From Octopus sinensis (Eukaryota): DNA of 64,000 bases. The position numbers and the translations under genes were made by a program. Below the pieces are notes generated by a model, which was not told where the DNA came from, made no database searches, and was given only the letters and a program-made list of their open reading frames with translations. The stretch lies in the NCBI RefSeq assembly GCF_006345805.1, contig NC_043000.1, forward strand, positions 45,694,001 to 45,758,000. Direction: 5' to 3'. Every line of letters starts with the position of its first letter. The stretch's first letter is position 1. Below are positions 27,391-38,230 of this stretch, one piece after another.

Positions 27391-30300
27391 AACAATAATT
27401 ATAAATGTGGGATTATGGATGATAGGATTTCTAGAGCACTGCATAAAACACTGAGATATTTAGACATATCACTCTACATTGTGTTCAAATCTTGTCAAGG
27501 TCAACTTTTTTTTTTCCCTTTTTTTACTCCACTATAATTAATGGTTTAGTTTAATTGACTATGCCATCTGCATACATTCACATGCACCTACAAAAAAATT
27601 GGTCTTCAACCAATTGTTAAAACTATCATTTTTGATAATAGCAGTTGTTGTTATCTAAATAAGTCAAATGTTAAGAAAGGTTTTGCAGTTCAGCACCATA
27701 ACTTGCTTCACTGGATGCTCTTACTTGCTTCCCTGTCCACTCTATACAACTATTCAGATGTCTTTGGTTTAATGATGACCTATGAATTGTTATTCAGTTT
27801 CATCTCTCCCTTAGAAAACCGAGTGGTCTCTCACAATGTCATGTGAACTTTCATTTTTTACTTATATTTTGCCAATAAAAAGAATCCTTAGTTCTAATCT
27901 AATAGCTGATATCATACTGAAGTTTAATAAATCTTAATCTATAATATGTTCTACCTTATTACAGTAATTCCTTGACTATAATTGGTGTTACATACCAAAA
28001 TCTCCCACAGAAATAATTAAAATTAAAAAAAATTTAAATGCTTATTAGCTGCAGAAACCCAGATATACAGAGTAGCCCACGATATAAATTTACATATATT
28101 AGCCAGAAAAATCCCCGATGAACTGAGCGCTTGATAAGCGAACTGCAATATAGTGAGGAATTATTATAGAGCATTTATGGAAGCACATATATAATTGGAT
28201 TTTGGATTTCATACTGAAAACAAGCAACTTCGAAATAATCAATGCTGGTTTGTTTTATATTTTCATATTTGCTTCTCATATCAAGTAAAACAGTTGTTTA
28301 ATGATGTTGATTTTTTTAAAATTTGAAACCACTGTAGCATATTTTTAATTAATTTTAATCTAAAAATGTCTTCCCTGCCTGTAGGATCAGTAAATTATAT
28401 ATCAGTAAAATAATCATACTCAATTACATATCATCAACTCCAGTACAGATTTAAGCTGTCCCTATGTAAGTAAGAATCCCAAATTACTTAAAAAAGTAAT
28501 AACTAAAGCTCTAGATTAGAAAGCTCCTGGTTAAGAAATCAAATTCTTAGCTAATTTCATTTCCTAATTTAAGCCAATTTCCTTCATAGGAAAAATATGC
28601 ATTATGAATTTGCCTTGAAATTTGATAATTTATATAATCTTAAGTATAAGAATTGGTGTTACTGTGCAGATACAGTGACAGCAGAATATCTTGAAGTATT
28701 TAATTCCTTCCAGAAAAGTCATTCTTATTTTTTTCCTTCAAGAGTTGATGGCAATACCAGTAATATGCTTAGGAAAATTGTAATGACTAGATTTACTCAA
28801 TAAATTTGTGGTCTTGTGAATAAGTACCTGTCTACACAATTGCTACAAATAATAGCTAACTGTCACACACAGTAACCTCAACAATTTGGAAAAAGAATAA
28901 AGAATATTAAATACTGTAGTTACAAATATCTAAACAAAAGTAATGTAATCGCAGCAGGAGTGCTTTTGATGATAGCTCCACCCATAAAAAAGTGACCTGG
29001 TGTTAAATAACAACAGTGCCAACATAATTATTAAAATCACATTGAAGCCAGTTTATTTCCACTCATTCTATGAAAAATATTTGGCAAAACTATGAGTGTC
29101 TCAGTTGTTATTATTGTTGTTGTTTGCTTCAGGTTTACCTAAAGGTTCTTGTACATATCAAATACAGTCTGATTATATTCTAAGTTGAATTGCTTTACAG
29201 TATTTAGTGTTGTGCCTTTATGTTCAATATTCCTGTCTTTCCAGAATTGAATTTGCATTTCATCTTTTCAGAGTCTATAAATAATATACCAGTAACATAC
29301 TGGGGTTGTTTCACTCTAGTAAACCCTTTTCTCATAAAGAACTTGTCTTTATACCTAGCTGAAAGAAATCAATGGAAAGCTGTGAGAGAATGTTGCCGAC
29401 AGCTGTAAAATAGCCATTTAGAATGTATATGAAGTGAGGAGCTCATATGGTATCCCAAAGCAAGAATCTTAATGTTCACAACATTTGTTTATTGCTTTAC
29501 TGTCAATGGTAAAACCTTATTTTAATAGTTTCTATACAAAAGAAATCAATTGCATGATAATGCCTTTCGTCTAACAGTGAAGAGACACAGTCCACTGGCT
29601 AACAATATGATGGAGATAACGACTATTGCCATGAATGAGACCTATTCGCCCATTTCTCTTTGTCTCATGAATGACTTCATAAGACACTTTATTTATAGTT
29701 AGGACTCTTGATAGTCTTGGTTTCATCATGTGGAATAATTTTCAAAAAGCACTCTTATCTTCATGATAATTTATAGCTGAATCTTAAGCACCTCGATGTC
29801 ACCTGTATTGTAATGTGGTCAGTCAACATTCTGTTGCCAACATCAAAGAGGGAATAATGTTAATTTTGGTTTTTATTGAGTTTTATAGCTCATTGTTAAT
29901 TGCTAGTGGCTATGCCGTTCTAGGTCATTAAGACTTCTAAATCATGGACATATATTATATACTCTTAAAACGAAGCAATCTTACTGTAAATTAAATTTGT
30001 GTTCTGTAATGAGGCAAACTTAAAAGTAGAAACATGACCATTTGTAGTCTACTGAAGAGCTTCTTAATCTTTATAAATTTGCAAAATTTATTTCGATTAC
30101 TGTGGCAAATATTCCTCTGTGTTTGAATATGTAGTAAAACAGAGAAGTGATACTTTTCTGTAAAACCAATTAAATATTAATTTAAGCTCTATAATGATTT
30201 TATGTTTAAGTGGAAAACATTTTGGGGGTAAGAGCATTAGAAACCATCATGCAAATAGAAATGAAATGTGAAGGGCTTTTATACCATTTCAGCTCTCTTT

Positions 30301-31663
30301 CCTTCTTCTTCATTCTCTCTATCCTCTCACTATCTTTCTCTCTTTTTCTCTCCTTTTCTCTATCTTGTTTTCTCCTATTTAAATGAGAAAATACAAAATA
30401 CATCAACCACAAAATTATAAAATTAATCAAACATCTGTATATTTTTCCCATATAGTTTGTAAGTTAAATTATGTGCTTGTGTGTGTATACACTGATTACA
30501 GCTATATATAGTAACTCAATGGTGAATGTCATCTTCTTGCTATTTTAGCTAAATGTCAGGAATTAATTTAAGTGTTCCATTAAATGTTATATTAAAATTG
30601 CATGCATCAAGAACTCACTTCATCAAAAATGGTTTCCATTTTTCTTGGGGAAAATTTGAAAAACTATTTGGTATTCTGCAAATGTTTTCATATAAGCTCT
30701 CATTAACTATTTGGACTTGCCAATAAATAGAATTTAAAATAAGTAAAAATTTTGCTAAATCTGATTGCTATTTTGTTTATTGGTTCATTGGAAGCCATGT
30801 TAAAATATGTTAATTACTTTGCATCAGCTGTACAATATGAACTTGATGGAACAGTCTGAGTGCTAAAGAGTTGATTAGAAAAATGATTTGAATACTAAGG
30901 ATGTTGCCAGTTGTAGACAACATACAACTGATTTGGAGATGTTGTGTGAATGAATGAATGATTGAATGAGATGAGAGTACTAAATGGCATGTATAATGAT
31001 CTAAGGAGCTTACATAAAAAAAGATATAAGCCCTAAAGTTATAAAAGGAATTAGCTAAATCAATTTCAAAGATGATTAACTATGAAAATCTATTAACACA
31101 GATTTACTGCTGCAGTTACTCCAAAAACTTGGAAGGCTTAGCAATATAATTCCATACAAATATGTAAACCATAAATTAGTTCAAGGGTATGAATCTCAAT
31201 TGGATTTGGGGGTTGGATTGCAGTTTGAATTAGTTCTTACAAGCCAGATAAGAAAAATTATTTTAAAAAACCTTTTTAATAATGAAGGTCTAAGTAATGA
31301 GATAAAGAGGTCAATATATATTATACTAACTTAAGCAACTAAGTAAATGAATATCAGATGTTAGTTAAGTTTGTGTGCACAGAAGCATGGGGATAGGCCA
31401 TCCACATAATGTATATATGTGTCTGTATGTGTATATATATGTATACACAGATGCAACCCTGAGTCTTTAGAAAGAAAACGGGATAAGATTCATAGTGAAT
31501 GCATTATGCGTACAGTTCTTGAGAAAACGTAAAACCTTTCAGTATCATCCCTATCACTATAACATTTTCAGACAAACATATCTTTATATCAGTCAGTGGA
31601 CTATGGCCATGCTGGGGTACCATTTGAAAGGGCTATGCGGAGCAAATTGACCTCTGTATTTTT

Positions 31664-32145
31664 AAAGGCCTGAAACAGGTGCAAATCTGAAGTTGCAAGG
31701 TCAAGCAAATATGGAATATGCTACAGAATTTCCCAGTCATGAACCAGTAACTTCTACCATATCTGCAAAGTGTGTGCTCTGGCGTTGTAGTGATGAAAGA
31801 TAATGCCCTTATGATTAACTAGAGCTGGATACTTTCGGTGGATTGCTGCAATTAATCTGCCCAACTGGTCACAATACACATCCAAACTGATGGTCTAGTC
31901 CATGAGAAGAGCTTGTAAAAGACAACAGCCTTCAAATCCCACCAAGTTGAATGCATAACCTTCTTCAGGCGAAATCTTGCTTTGAAGGTTGCTTGTCACA
32001 GTTTGCCACATTTACCCACGATTGCTTGTATTTCACATTATTTTACATGGTCCACTTTTCATTACTTATCACCATTCTCTCTCTCTTGCCCTTTTTTTTA
32101 TTAAAATAAAAGGGAATGGTGTTGATAATATTCATTTTGATTCTC
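31664..32145 (-). mobile_element. Degenerate, internally deleted mariner transposase remnant
   Basis: MENQNEY..., RMVISNEKW, NARAHT...DWEI...LDLATSDLHLF, with stops and frameshifts. Confidence 0.8.
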
Positions 32146-32289
32146 CATTTTCAGGGCAATCCAAAGCCTACAAAATATAATCAGTCTTGTCACAGGTTTG
32201 CTTTGGAATATGTTGAAATGTTGAGTATCTAACAACCGCACATGTGCAAGGGAGAGACTAAAGTTAGCTACTCATTAGAGCACTTGAAA

Positions 32290-32760
32290 TTCAATGTCAA
32301 CAAAAACCGAACAGGCGTTTGGCCAACCTCTGCCTATATATAGGAGGAGGGCACGGTTGGCCAAAACATGACTTTTCAACTGCAAGCAGTTTCTTCCCCA
32401 TTCTCACATTGATATACTACTTAACCACTCTTTTGATAATGAATCCACATAAGGATAAACGTAAGGATATACCTGAGGAAGAACCAACTCAAATGGATTT
32501 AATTAAAACCCACCTGTCCTCCTAAACATAATGAATCATAATGAACCGCAATGAATATCTTTAAAGAGGAGCTTTCATTCCACTGTCTATCATATATTTC
32601 TTCATACATTTCTCTGATGATGGAACACCTGGTTTATAAGGTCTTCAATTGATATGATGATCCAATAGCCGGGATATCTCGGAAACAGCTGTCAGAGACT
32701 ATCTCTACTACCTTTACCAGTTTTGTATTATTTTACTATTTTTAGATTGAATTAAATGAA
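32290..32760 (+). mobile_element. Penelope-like pLTR remnant with TATA-centred palindrome and hammerhead ribozyme
   Basis: TATA element inside an inverted repeat at 32318-32365; hammerhead at 32609-32698 of the same family as 1932-1979. Confidence 0.5.
32609..32698 (+). ncRNA. Type I hammerhead ribozyme, intact core, long imperfect stem II
   Basis: UUUCU-CUGAUGA-(61 nt)-GAAAC-AGCU-GUC-AGAGA. Stem I 5 bp with one GU pair; palindromic ACAGCUGU. Confidence 0.7.
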
Positions 32761-33339
32761 TTTAAATTCCATAGTCTTGCATTGACTAATCGGTTGCCAT
32801 CCTCACTAGTTTAACCTATACCTAATGACCAGGGCCAGCTCAAGGTACCAGCAACTTGGGAAGTTGCCAAAGGCACCATATGCATTTTAGTCTACATTTT
32901 CAGTTTTACTCCTTGTGAAAGTTTTAAAAAATTATACTTATAAGGGCATCGAAGTTCAGCTTTCCCAGGGAACAAGCAACCCTAGGAATAGCCCTGCTAT
33001 TGACTCAAAGGTAAGCTACCAACTGCCAGTGTCTTTTCAAGCAAGAAATTCGCACAACTACAACTCCAGCACTCTTCTAACTGGAATTTTGATGAATATT
33101 ATTTTGGATTACCTCAACCTTAAATTCATCATATCTTTTATATATATATATATAAATAGATGAGTGTATTTTACCTTGTTAACAATTAACACGGATAAAT
33201 GAATGAATAGTTACCAGGGCAGAAAAAATCTCACAAGTAAAGATGTTGTAACTCCTTGTTTATAAGTATCAGTGGAATTTTTGAAACATATGTAGAAAGT
33301 AAAAATACTTGTTTAAACCTGCGTTAACTCCATTTTTTA

Positions 33340-33370
<31 letters not shown>

Positions 33371-33372
<2 letters not shown>

Positions 33373-33720
33373 CATAAGAGGGATCAGCCATCTGAATGTG
33401 GCTAGGGTCAGGGCGGGGTGGTGGGGGTGTTACTGATGCATTTAGGCCCAGGCGAACATCGACGTCACCAGAAGAGCTGACACCATCTCGGTGTCCTTGC
33501 CAGCCAGCAAAGGGAGATCAGCCTCCCCGAAGATACGGATACTACACACGGACTGGTTTCGAGGTTATTGCCTCTTGTCAACGTATGGTAAGCACCGCTC
33601 TTCGTTGAGGGACTTCCTCTGCAGGCTGGATATATATAGATTTTCACAGTAACCACAGTCACTGGCGTAGAAAATCTGTTCGAAAACAATAATAAATCTC
33701 TGGGCGAGATATAAACAGTA
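33371..33720 (-). mobile_element. ~350-bp GC-richer structured element with hammerhead, between two (TA)n tracts (retrozyme-like or PLE pLTR)
   Basis: Sharp composition boundaries; internal hairpins GGGAG/CTCCC, GACACC/GGTGTC and AGCCA/TGGCT; hammerhead at 33545-33587. Confidence 0.55.
33545..33587 (-). ncRNA. Type I hammerhead ribozyme variant with U3:A8 core
   Basis: CAUACG-UUGACAA-GAGG-caauaa-CCUC-GAAAC-CA-GUC-CGUGUG. Stem I 6 bp, stem II 4 bp. Confidence 0.7.
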
Positions 33721-33744
33721 ATATACATATATATATATACATAC

Positions 33745-33780
<36 letters not shown>

Positions 33781-33819
33781 GCATATATATATATACATAT
33801 ACATATATATATATATATG

Positions 33820-33851
<32 letters not shown>

Positions 33852-33914
33852 CATATATATGTATATATATCTATATATTTATACATATATACATACATAT
33901 ATATATATATATGC

Positions 33915-33955
<41 letters not shown>

Positions 33956-34031
33956 TATGTATATATATCTATATATTTATACATATATACATACATATAT
34001 ATATATGTATGTATGTATATATATGTATGTA

Positions 34032-34065
<34 letters not shown>
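33721..34065. repeat. Compound (TA)n/(TACA)n tract with an internal 98-bp-period duplication
   Basis: Block ACACACATATATATGTATATATATCTATATATTTATACATATATACATAC starts at both 33847 and 33945. Confidence 0.9.
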
Positions 34066-34068
<3 letters not shown>

Positions 34069-34402
34069 TTTTACTTTTTTCAGTCACATGACAAATCAAC
34101 CCCAGGACTTATTCTTTGTAAGTATAGTACTTATCCTATTAGTCTCTTTTGCTGAACTGCTAAATTACAGGAATGTAAGCACACCAACAGTGGTTGTCAA
34201 GTGATGGTGGGGGACAAACACAAACACACACACACACATACAACGGGCCTCTTCCAGTTTCCATCTACCAAATCCACTCACAAGGCTTTGCTTGGCCCAA
34301 GGCTATAGCAGAAGACACTTGCCCAAGGTGCCATGCAGTGAGATTGAACCCAGAACCATGTAGTTTCTAAGCAAGCTACTTACCAAACAGCCACTCCTGT
34401 GC
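34066..34402 (-). mobile_element. tRNA-derived SINE (GGAGTGGCTGTGTGGTAAG head family)
   Basis: Collinear with 46985-47390 and 53991-54384. Confidence 0.85.
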
Positions 34403-35461
34403 TATGTATCTATATGTATGTATGTGTGTATGTGTATGTGTATGTGTGTGTGAGAGTATTTTTGTGCGTGTGTGTGAGTGTACAATGGGTTTCCACACAC
34501 TTTCTGTCTATGAAATTCACTCCCATGTCATTGGTTGACCCTGAGCTATACTAGAGGATACCTGCCCAAGGTGTCCTACAGTGGTAGTAACACCCAAAAT
34601 ATATGTTTGCAAAGTGACATTCTCAACCACATATCTACATATCTCAACCACATATGCAAAAAAAAAAAAAAAAAAAAAAAAAACGATAACAAAATTTCTA
34701 TTGGGCTTGGTTATAGATAAAGTGAAGGAATAAGGGGTCACAACTTTTAGCTAATGGATTTGTTAAAACTTCTTTTCAATGACTGAAATAACAGAAGATT
34801 CCTAAGGTTTATTGATTTGAATAATCAGAACCAGTTTTAATCATGACTTTATTTAAGCTACTAGTTTCCATGCATGTTAGAAACAATACAGTTTACAGAA
34901 TATTTAAAGATTAAAAAATACATTTTTTTTATAAAACTGACCTGCAGGCCAGATTAAACATTGCTGTAGGTTATATATTTGACACCTCTGTATTAGTTGC
35001 CACTTTTTAAAATCAGTTTGCCTGCATTCTTCCTTTTTTGATTGCTTGACAAGCAAACCACTTTGGTATCTCAGAAACTACCAGTGCTATCAAATGCCAA
35101 TTTTCTGTTCAATGGTTAACAAGCAAGGTACGAAGTAGGCAGAAAAGATTGCTTCCTTTTTTCTCAAAATTTGTTACTTTAGCAATTTATTTAATTCCTA
35201 AATGCACAACACTACATTTTATGAAAACACCTTTTATATTTTGCTTAATTGAATATATGGTTACACAGTCTGGCCTTTCATTACATTGTACATTATAATA
35301 TGTATGCATTATATCAAGTATGTACATACTTATGCATGTGTATGGATGTAGGTGTGGCCTAGTTTGCATTGTAACTGTGATGTACTGGGACTGATTCCAT
35401 GGCACATTACATCAAACTCCATGTATTTTTGGCACAAGAGAATTGAGAATTAAAATATTTA

Positions 35462-35678
35462 TGAAGGAGTGCTGAAAAGTTGCTGGCCTTAAGGGTATCA
35501 TGAAAGGCTTTGTTGGAGGCCCAAACTTCTGATTTCTTTAACAGGGCTTAAAAAAACTGAAGGACTGCTGCAATAAGTGTGTGAATCTGAGAAGGAAATA
35601 TGTTGGATAAAATCGTAATGAACTGATCCTCCTCTATTTTCTTTTACCCAAAGCCAAGAACTTTTCAGCAATCCCACG
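35462..35678 (+). mobile_element. 217-bp mariner-derived MITE, same family as 8219-8435
   Basis: TA...TA flanks, TIRs GTGCTGAAAAGTTGCTGG / CCAAGAACTTTTCAGCA, transposase C-terminal tail. Confidence 0.85.
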
Positions 35679-35927
35679 TAGACAAAAATCTAGTAAATTG
35701 CTGGATAGTGACTGAAATTCAAATATCTACCATGACACACTGACACACACATACTGTGTCACACTGATCTACTAGAGATTAGGATGAATATGTCTGTAGA
35801 AAACTCAATGATTTACTGTTCAGTTCAATAAGCAGGTATCTCATTTGAACAAACTACAAGAATACTCATTGTTGGAACCAGAACATAATCTATTCAATTA
35901 TACTTACATATACACATATAAGTACAT

Positions 35928-35958
<31 letters not shown>

Positions 35959-36447
35959 CATGTACATGTGTGCACAGGTGTGTGTCTGTGTGTGTAACGC
36001 TTTTTCACAGCTGGCTTCTCACATTCACTGACAAAGAAGTCATTGTGATGATAAAGATCATAAAACTTCAAACTACTAGATATGAAGTGTCTACTGTTAG
36101 TAACTCTGTTTCCTTGGAATTAAGTACAGCTTTGACCTAGTGTGTGCTTACATACTCTCTATACATACACACAATCATAAATTTATGTAAAGGAATACTC
36201 ACACACACACACACACACACAGCTATATGCAAATGTGAGAGCTACCAACCTTGGCAAATCTGAGATATTTTGGAAGACATATACATACATATATATATAT
36301 ATATACTTTTTGAGATCTAATTATATGTTTTATAAAAATATATATTATTTGTTATTTATGTTTTGGTTTACATCTATCACTGTTTGAGTAGCACAATAGT
36401 GGTTTTATCTCTAATTTATATATTATATATATACATATATATACATA

Positions 36448-37190
36448 CAAGATGGTATCAGAAAGTTCCTGGACTAGTTCTGTAGTGCACCAACAGATGG
36501 CAGTACACAGTTGTGAAATTTGTGTTTTTGTGATCATGTGTATTCTATAGTCTGCGATTTTGTCATGGACAGGAAGCTGGAAGAAAGTACTAACCTGAAA
36601 TTTTGTGTTAAACTTGGGAAGTCTGCTATAGTCATTGAGTATGCTTTAGCAAGCATATGCAGATGAGGCAATGGGTTGTATGCAACGTTTCAAGTGGCAA
36701 GGGCACTTCAAATGGCACAACAGAGCTGCAGCTCATTCAAGAACATGCACACCGTTTTCTGGACATCTGCTGTATTGTGCATTGAGAATTAATCACCCCA
36801 TCACCAGATCATCAATCAAGAGTTCTACAGTGACGTTTTGAAGTATTTGAGAGAGGACATTTGGCAAAAGCGACTGGATCTGAGGAGCATGAAGAATTGC
36901 ATTCTTCACAACAAGTCACCCTGTCATTTAGCTCTCCTCTCTCATGAGTTTCTTACCAAAAACAACATGGTATCCTTTCTGCACCCAACCTATTCACCAG
37001 ATATAGCACCTGCAGACATTCAGCTCTTACCCAAAATGAAAATGCAGCTCAAAGGTTGCTGTTTTAATACCATTGTTGAGATCAAGAGGGAATTGCAGGT
37101 CGTCAAGTCATTTATGGAAAGCAATTTTCAGGCTGGATTCCAAAAGTGGCAGAAACACTGGTACTGGTGTATTACTGTGCAATGTGACAC
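36448..37190 (+). mobile_element. Internally deleted mariner transposon, second family
   Basis: Left TIR after TA; MDRKLE...KFCVKLGKSA N-terminus; C-terminal LHPTYSPDIAPADIQLLPKMKMQLKG (ORF 36838-37257). Confidence 0.88.
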
Positions 37191-37474
37191 CATCCATCAT
37201 CTACCTAAGTGCAGTATTCTACCCATATTTAATTATAGCAGCTATTTAAATATATAGCTGCTGTAATATTCCTTTACTAAATAACTTTCCCTGCTACTAA
37301 CATGGACTAAAATCTTCTTAGGATACCATGAAATTGTAATATTTTCCCCAATTTCTTAGTCATGATTAGCAAAAGCAAAACAGGCTGACCATGTAAATAT
37401 TTTATTTCATGTGTGTACCATTAGCGATTTTTTTTTCCTCTGTCTTCCCTTCTCTGGATCTTTCCTTCTCCTAT

Positions 37475-37509
37475 GTTTCCGACGAAGAGCTCCACTCGAA
37501 ATGTTAAAC
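37475..37509 (+). ncRNA. Minimal type I hammerhead motif, mutated, in a PLE-like terminus (about 37420-37615)
   Basis: GUUU-CCGACGA-A-GAG-cucca-CUC-GAAAU-GUU-AAAC; U4C and C15.2U changes. Confidence 0.55.
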
Positions 37510-37675
37510 CCTCCTTCTTTCCTTCTTTCCTGAGCGTCCAATAATACTATATTTGTTCCACGTCCTCGCGTTGTTGTGTTTTTTGTGCTTTCATGTTTGG
37601 ATTAACTTTATATATACACGTTCTGTGCATTTTCCTCCTTATATTTTTAAATCATGTACTTATATATATATGTAA

Positions 37676-37709
<34 letters not shown>

Positions 37710-37759
37710 ACATTCCCATTAGCAAAAATATTAGCACATCATCACCAACATCATCATCA

Positions 37760-38197
37760 CTGTTTAACATCCGCCTTTTGTGCTGGCATGAGTTGGATGG
37801 TTTGACAAGAGCCAGCCAGGTAATATCCTGCACCAAATTTCTGTGTCTGTTTTGGCAGGGTTTTTACAGCAGGATGCTTTTTCTAACACCAACCACCTAA
37901 CAAAGTGGACTGGGTGCTTTTTACATGGCACAAACAATGGTGAAGTCAGTTTTGGCATGATTTTTACAGATGGATGTCCTTCCAAATGCCAACCACTTTA
38001 CAATGTTGACTGAATGCTTTTTGCATGGCATCAGCACTGGCAGGCTCACGAAGTAACTTGCAAGACAAAGATCCTTAGAGAGGGGAGGGGGCATTGGAGG
38101 GGGTGACCTTGTGTCAGATAATGAAAGGTTAAAGTGAGAGCAAGAGACAGAAACAGATGTCTTGCTCTAGAGGAGATACATGGTTATCTGGCCAGGT

Positions 38198-38200
<3 letters not shown>
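37760..38200 (-). mobile_element. RTE 3' UTR/tail-derived repeat; related tails at about 9270-9480, 46903-46940, 49140-49430, 52045-52225, 52910-53600, 53880-53965, 56420-56680 and 63200-63450
   Basis: Similar to the 3' UTR of the RTE at 44439-45082; ends in (GAT)n. Confidence 0.7.

Positions 38201-38230
<30 letters not shown>

Noticed and set aside
28115-28148. CCGATGA...GCTTGATAAGC-GAAC as a hammerhead, or the surrounding frame AETQIYRVAHDINLHILARKIPDELSA* as a terminal exon
   Set aside because: No GAAA, helix III or stem I for a ribozyme; the peptide is short and unrecognised, with no linked exon.
32904-33010. Plus-strand exon with TTTTCAG acceptor and AAG|GTAAGC donor (LLLVKVLKNYTYKGIEVQ...)
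   Set aside because: It lies within a probable small MITE (CAGGGC...GCCCTG, about 32830-32996) and the peptide is unrecognised.
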